Assembly: GCA_018992685.1 (NCBI GenBank)
Contig: JACVGT010000005.1
Location: forward strand, 1 to 42,720
Reading direction: 5' to 3'
DNA from: Theionarchaea archaeon
GTDB taxonomy: Archaea > Methanobacteriota_B > Thermococci > Methanofastidiosales > SZ-28-30
DNA length: 42,720 nt
Part shown: positions 38,271 to 42,720 of the stretch, piece after piece
Layout: each line of letters starts with the position of its first letter
How positions within the stretch are numbered: the stretch's first letter is position 1
The notes under the pieces: generated by a model
Seen by the model: only the letters and a program-made list of their open reading frames with translations
The model's database searches: none
What the model was told of the DNA's origin: nothing
Translations under genes and position numbers: made by a program

Positions 38271-40268
38271 ATGAAGAAAAAGATGCTATGTATACTTATC
38301 TTGGCAGTGATGCTAGGGCTGACTTTTCCTACAATTTCTTCCGAAAATGACAGTCTTTCAATAGAATACCAGTTTACTTCAGTGATACGGGAAGGTCAGG
38401 TTGTGGTAGAGAATACCATTCTTGAAGAAATACCTGGAGAACCGCTAGTGCCCTACCGAGTTGCCAGAATTCTGCTTCCCCAGGGTACAGACGTGAAGGA
38501 TGTCACAGTCACCCAGGGTGAATCCATCATTCAGGAAGGATTTGAGATTCCATGGGGCCAACCCGCCTGTATCCTCAGTGGAAAACCTCAAAAAGTGGGA
38601 CGAAACGAAGCGACCTACAGCTCCAATGAATGGTACCACAAGACCCTGTACGATGTCATCACAGTACAATCTTTCAGAGGGTTTCAAATCTTGTATGTAC
38701 ACTTCTACCCCCTACAATATCGGCCACAATCTGGCACTGTAAAATTCTATACCACACTGACAGTGCATGTACACCTGCAAGAGAGTTCACAGAACCCATT
38801 GTACAGGGGGCTGGAAGATGACAAGAAAGATGCTGCGTGCATGGTAGACAATCCTCAAGTATTGGAGACGTATGAGAGTGTCGTGCCCCTCATAGACACG
38901 AAAGAATACATCATCATCACAAACAGTACAATGGCCCCTATATTCCAGCAATTAGCTAACCACAAAACAAATCACCTCAACAGCGCAGGCGTTTATGACG
39001 TCCAATGGATATACTCGACCTACACAGGGTATGACAATGCAGAGAAAGTAAGGAACTTCATCAAAGATATGTATCAAACCCACAGTACAAGGTGGTGTTT
39101 GCTAGGTGGGGATGTTTCTGTTGTTCCTTACAGAGGGTTCCTCTGCATATGTTCTCCGAAGGTGGATTACGATCTGGAAGCCGACATGTACTTTGGATGC
39201 CTAGATGGTACCTTTGATGCAGACGGTGATCATGTCTACGGTGAACCCTGTGACAATGTCGACTGGTTGGAAGAGGTCTTTGTCGGTCGAGCTCCAGTAG
39301 AATCCACAGCTGAAGCTCAGATGTTCGTCAACAAGACCATCGCGTATGAGCAAAGTGACAAACCAAAGGTGTGCCAGTTTCATCAAGCACGACTCGAACC
39401 AGACAACTACCCGGATTCGAGACAGGTAGCATATGACTGTGAGTACTGGACGCCTTGGTACTACACGAAGAGAAGACTCTTTGAAGAATACGGCAACGTA
39501 TCAAAAGACGACTGGAGAAATGCATGGGCTGGGAACCCACTGATAGTCCAGCACACCGGTCATGGACTCCCCACATTTTATCAGATCAACATGGTTGTTG
39601 GAGAGTCTGTAGCATGGACTACTGCAGATGTGCCCACCTTGAGTAATACGTTCAAACCAGTTCACATGTCAATGGCCTGTCTCAGTGGGGAGTTTTCCGT
39701 CAACGACTGTCTGGCTGAAGAATATGTCAAAGATGATTGTGGAGCTGTTGCGTGCATGATGAATTCTGGATATGGCTTTTATTCCTCAGTAGATGCATCT
39801 AAGTACAGTGGGGACTTCCTTGAGACTATGTTCAGGGGTCTATTCTCAGATCACAAACAGCACCTGGGTGAATTACTCAATCAGGCAAAAAGCTACTGGG
39901 TATCTGCTGCAGAGTCTAGTTCTGTGTACAGGTGGTGCTACTATGAGATTAACCTACTCGGTGACCCTGAGACACCTGCTATTTCAAGAAGCCTGGTGAT
40001 ATACCTCAGCGGTCCTCAGTATCCTCCCGAATATTCAAGCCCTACCTATACGGTTACTGTCGAAATGGGGAAAGGGAATTTCGATTACTACTGGTACATG
40101 AATGGAGGGCTGATCAAGTACACTCTCAATTCAAGCAACTGGACAGATTCATGTACTCTTGGAACGGTGTACAAGCAATTCACCATCAGTGTGTACGTGT
40201 ATGATAGGGGAACTGGCTCGAGCGCCACTGCATCCATGATAGTATACCCTGGAGGAACGCCGCCTTGA
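38271..40268 (+). CDS. secreted C25 (gingipain-like) cysteine peptidase with propeptide
   Basis: Signal peptide; propeptide 'PGEPLVP...ILLP', 'YPLQY.P'; catalytic domain 'LLGGD', 'VGRAPV', 'HTGHG', 'MACLSG', 'NLLGDP'. SD GGAGGTGA. Confidence 0.88.
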   Translation: MKKKMLCILILAVMLGLTFPTISSENDSLSIEYQFTSVIREGQVVVENTILEEIPGEPLVPYRVARILLPQGTDVKDVTVTQGESIIQEGFEIPWGQPACILSGKPQKVGRNEATYSSNEWYHKTLYDVITVQSFRGFQILYVHFYPLQYRPQSGTVKFYTTLTVHVHLQESSQNPLYRGLEDDKKDAACMVDNPQVLETYESVVPLIDTKEYIIITNSTMAPIFQQLANHKTNHLNSAGVYDVQWIYSTYTGYDNAEKVRNFIKDMYQTHSTRWCLLGGDVSVVPYRGFLCICSPKVDYDLEADMYFGCLDGTFDADGDHVYGEPCDNVDWLEEVFVGRAPVESTAEAQMFVNKTIAYEQSDKPKVCQFHQARLEPDNYPDSRQVAYDCEYWTPWYYTKRRLFEEYGNVSKDDWRNAWAGNPLIVQHTGHGLPTFYQINMVVGESVAWTTADVPTLSNTFKPVHMSMACLSGEFSVNDCLAEEYVKDDCGAVACMMNSGYGFYSSVDASKYSGDFLETMFRGLFSDHKQHLGELLNQAKSYWVSAAESSSVYRWCYYEINLLGDPETPAISRSLVIYLSGPQYPPEYSSPTYTVTVEMGKGNFDYYWYMNGGLIKYTLNSSNWTDSCTLGTVYKQFTISVYVYDRGTGSSATASMIVYPGGTPP

Positions 40269-40480
40269 AACATTGAAGTTTTCTCATTTCTTTTTTTTTA
40301 CTTTTTAGTTCACTACATGGCTCATTATGCGGCTTGATTTTTCATCTATATTTTCATCGGATTTGATTCTGAGCTTCTCGATTGCAAAGAGAACACTAGC
40401 GCATATGACATTTTCGTACTTTCTATGGGAAAATGGTGGATGGAATTCGCTTTGATTTCCTAATTAAGAAGAATGATATT

Positions 40481-40857
40481 GACGCATATTACGCCTTTGA
40501 GGGGATAAATATATGCACGGGGTCCTCACCGTCCTATCTCTTCACAGGAAAACAAAGAGACGTCACAGGATTATACAATCTCAACCAACGACACTAAGAC
40601 CCTGAAACAGGAAGATTTATAACAAGAGATCCGTACGCGTGGCTACCTGGTGATCTGCGCCCTTGTGATCATTTGGGGAACCAAATAAGGCGGTTGATGA
40701 TTCCACAAAGATTCGATGGACATAGCTATGCAGAGAACAATTCACTTCGATGTTCAGATTCCACAGGCCTCTCTCACATCTGGAGTGCTGTTGTAATCAA
40801 TGCAACAACTCAGCCATGAAGGATCTTTACCGCAGTTGCACCAGTTATTGTGATTGA
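40481..40857 (+). pseudogene. degenerate RHS repeat-associated core with Cys-rich C-terminal tip
   Basis: Hand translation: 'YYAF..SYLFTGKQRDVTGLYNLNQRH*DPETGRFITRDP...PQRFDGHSYAENNSLRCSDSTG' (stop at 40595-97); another frame then reads 'ECCCNQCNNSAMKDLYRSCTSYCD*'. Confidence 0.8.
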
Positions 40858-40868
40858 AGGTGAAACCC

Positions 40869-41234
40869 ATGAACATAGAAATGATTGATGTTGTGCAACA
40901 TGCAAATGCAGCTGCGATGCTGGGATTCTGTGTTCTCTACCGCTTTTTCAACCCTTGTGGCCATGGCTGGGAAATTGCACTTGCCATATGGGCTTTCAGT
41001 CTCTTGTTCCTCTATTGCACGAACCTTATAACCTCTCCAAAATTCAAGAAGGACGTGATAACAGAGGCTAGGAAAACTACAATTCCCGTTGCCTGGTTTT
41101 TCATATTATTTCGGTGGGGGGTATTATGCGAGGACAATTTCTTGAAAATGGCGGCTGGTATACTCTTTGTTTTCGCTGCGTTGTATCTACTCCTGTACAT
41201 CAGAAAGTGGAGTCGTGAATACAAATCCGAATGA
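40869..41234 (+). CDS. hypothetical 4-TM membrane protein; candidate RHS immunity protein
   Basis: SD AGGTGA 40858-63 directly after the RHS-tip stop; four hydrophobic segments. Confidence 0.6.
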   Translation: MNIEMIDVVQHANAAAMLGFCVLYRFFNPCGHGWEIALAIWAFSLLFLYCTNLITSPKFKKDVITEARKTTIPVAWFFILFRWGVLCEDNFLKMAAGILFVFAALYLLLYIRKWSREYKSE

Positions 41235-41339
41235 CATTGCAGCAGAGAATTGTCGAATAGGTGTCCGATTGCTTGACTGAGCTCCTGTGAACAGGGTCGA
41301 TGGCCGGTCTCATAGAATGGCAACAGTACGGTAAGAGGC

Positions 41340-42350
41340 TCAACCATGATTCTTTAATAGTTCCGGTGCCAGTAAGACGATATTGCCAACTACCGTTCCG
41401 CTTTCCAGAAGTTCATTGGCTTTTGCTGCTTCGAGGATGGGGAACCTCCTCAAGATGATGGGGCTTATCTTACCCTCTTCAAGCAACTCAAAGAGTGTTG
41501 CCCAGTCTTCCAGAAAGGGACGTTTTCTGAACCGAAAGGCACCTGTACCATATAACTTGACCGATTTTCCATTCGGCAGCACATTGAGCAGGAAAACCTG
41601 TCCCAGAAGACGCATCAAACGTGAGAAACTCAAGGGATTACCATATGCCACCCAGGTGCCTCCATGCTTTAGCAGTGAAAATCCACGGGCGAGGTAGGTT
41701 CCTCCCATACCATCAAACACCGCATCCAGGCCATCCGGCTCTGCTTCCTTAATGACCTTGACAAAGTCTTGAGTGTAGTAGTCAATGGGTATCGCGTCCA
41801 GATCAGTCAATACACCGTGTTTGCTTTTAGACGCCAGCCCATAAACTGTGAGATTGGCCAATCTAGCAAGCTGCAGGAAAGCTGTTCCGACGCCACCGCT
41901 GGCGCCAATGACAAGCACCTTGTCTCCAGCTCTAACCTGTGCCTTGCGATGGAGTATCTGGTAAGCCACAAGATAATTCAGGATGATCGTGGCAACGTCT
42001 GCAGGATCTAGAGTGGAAGGAACAGGAATTAAATGGTCTTCATCAAGAAGAATATATTCAGCATAGCCTCCGGACACAGTCAAGGCGGCAACTCGATCAC
42101 CCACAGCAGTTCGTGTAACGCGTTCTCCTACCGCATCCACGATACCCACAACGGCATACCCTGGCACAAACGGCGTCTTAGGAGCGAACGGAGTGTGACC
42201 ATAGCGAGCTGAAACATCGGGACCACACACGGGTGCTGCAAGGATTCTGACTCTCACTTTACCTGCTGAAGGTGCGTGCAGGTCGTTCTCGATGACGTGG
42301 AGAACTTCTGGACCTCCCCTTTCAGTTACGATGACACATTTGTATTTCAT
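41340..42350 (-). CDS. medium-chain dehydrogenase/reductase (quinone oxidoreductase-like, Zn-independent)
   Basis: 'GGPEVL', 'PFVPGY..VG', 'GASGGVGT', 'AANELLESG..VGNIVL'. Start refined to ATG 42350. Confidence 0.9.
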   Translation of the reverse strand: MKYKCVIVTERGGPEVLHVIENDLHAPSAGKVRVRILAAPVCGPDVSARYGHTPFAPKTPFVPGYAVVGIVDAVGERVTRTAVGDRVAALTVSGGYAEYILLDEDHLIPVPSTLDPADVATIILNYLVAYQILHRKAQVRAGDKVLVIGASGGVGTAFLQLARLANLTVYGLASKSKHGVLTDLDAIPIDYYTQDFVKVIKEAEPDGLDAVFDGMGGTYLARGFSLLKHGGTWVAYGNPLSFSRLMRLLGQVFLLNVLPNGKSVKLYGTGAFRFRKRPFLEDWATLFELLEEGKISPIILRRFPILEAAKANELLESGTVVGNIVLLAPELLKNHG

Positions 42351-42540
42351 GGGGTTCCCTTCTTTAGTGATTTCCTGACACACATTTTCTTCCATAAAAA
42401 GGTTCCTGCTTCAGGAAAGGCCTTCTTGGAATGCAGACACGATTCTGCTATCAGTCCTCTGTCAATGAAAGACGGATTAAACTGCACAGCAAAATCACAC
42501 ACATGTTCAATCCTCAAGTCCTAGGATCAGAAGTCCTGAG

Positions 42541-42578
42541 TAAAATGAAAAGAAAATTAACAAAAAAGAAAGAAAAAT
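42541..42578 (-). terminator. T-rich terminator of the S-layer gene
   Basis: A-runs on the + strand immediately downstream of the minus-strand stop at 42582. Confidence 0.6.
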
Positions 42579-42581
42579 GGT

Positions 42582-42720
42582 TTAAAGCTGGTCAATCAGG
42601 TCTTGAGCTGCTTCTCTGGTGGCGTCTCTGTCAGCACCTGCGATGATCAGGATGTCACAGTCACCGTATGGGTCGGTGATGTACTCCCATTCACCTGGTG
42701 AGGTGGTCCAGTCAACAGCG
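42582..42720 (-). CDS. 3' end of an S-layer protein-like gene (partial; runs off the window)
   Basis: Hand translation 'AVDWTTSPGEWEYITDPYGDCDILIIAGADRDATREAAQDLIDQL*' matches the Thermococcales/Methanococcales-type S-layer C-terminus; absent from the ORF track. Confidence 0.7.
   Translation of the reverse strand, partial: AVDWTTSPGEWEYITDPYGDCDILIIAGADRDATREAAQDLIDQL

Noticed and set aside
35695-40597. In-frame stops in relic ORFs as pyrrolysine/selenocysteine or recoding
   Set aside because: Stops are of mixed types (TAG, TAA) and accompany frameshifts and motif decay, which fits pseudogenisation.
29730-42720. Integrative element or provirus inserted at tRNA-Asp
   Set aside because: No integrase, transposase or viral gene, and no duplicated tRNA 3' end found by eye in the window; treated only as a variable region.
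1-42720. CRISPR array or long tandem repeats
   Set aside because: No regularly spaced direct repeats seen.

Overview
Archaeal chromosomal window. It has BRE/TATA promoters, GGAGGTGA/GGTGA Shine-Dalgarno (SD) sites, T-rich terminators, a Thermococcales-like 5S rRNA-tRNA-Asp pair and S-layer-type domains; the gene style suggests a Theionarchaea/Thermococci-related lineage (inference). Bases ~1-29,750 are housekeeping and cell-envelope genes: gamma-carbonic anhydrase, a secreted SOR-like protein, a PadR-COG1361-ABC exporter operon, trm5, flippase, rmlBC, an MMPL exporter, oxidoreductases, DegT plus two GNAT-SCP2 genes, FmdE plus a metal ABC transporter with paired NikR-like operators, two stand-alone Lrp ligand domains plus an FrhB-like gene, hypE, 5S rRNA and tRNA-Asp. 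Downstream of the tRNA lies a partly AT-richer accessory region. It holds decayed HTH regulator genes, a 15-aa Cys-rich micro-ORF with a strong SD, and a BamHI-type restriction-modification cassette with a winged-helix gene and repeated candidate operators. It also holds a nucleotidyltransferase, orphan membrane proteins preceded by decayed ORF tails, a gingipain-like C25 protease, and an unannotated degenerate RHS core with a Cys-rich tip directly upstream of a 4-TM protein (candidate archaeal RHS toxin/immunity relic). The window ends with an MDR oxidoreductase and the 3' end of an S-layer gene. All family assignments are from motif recognition, not database searches.
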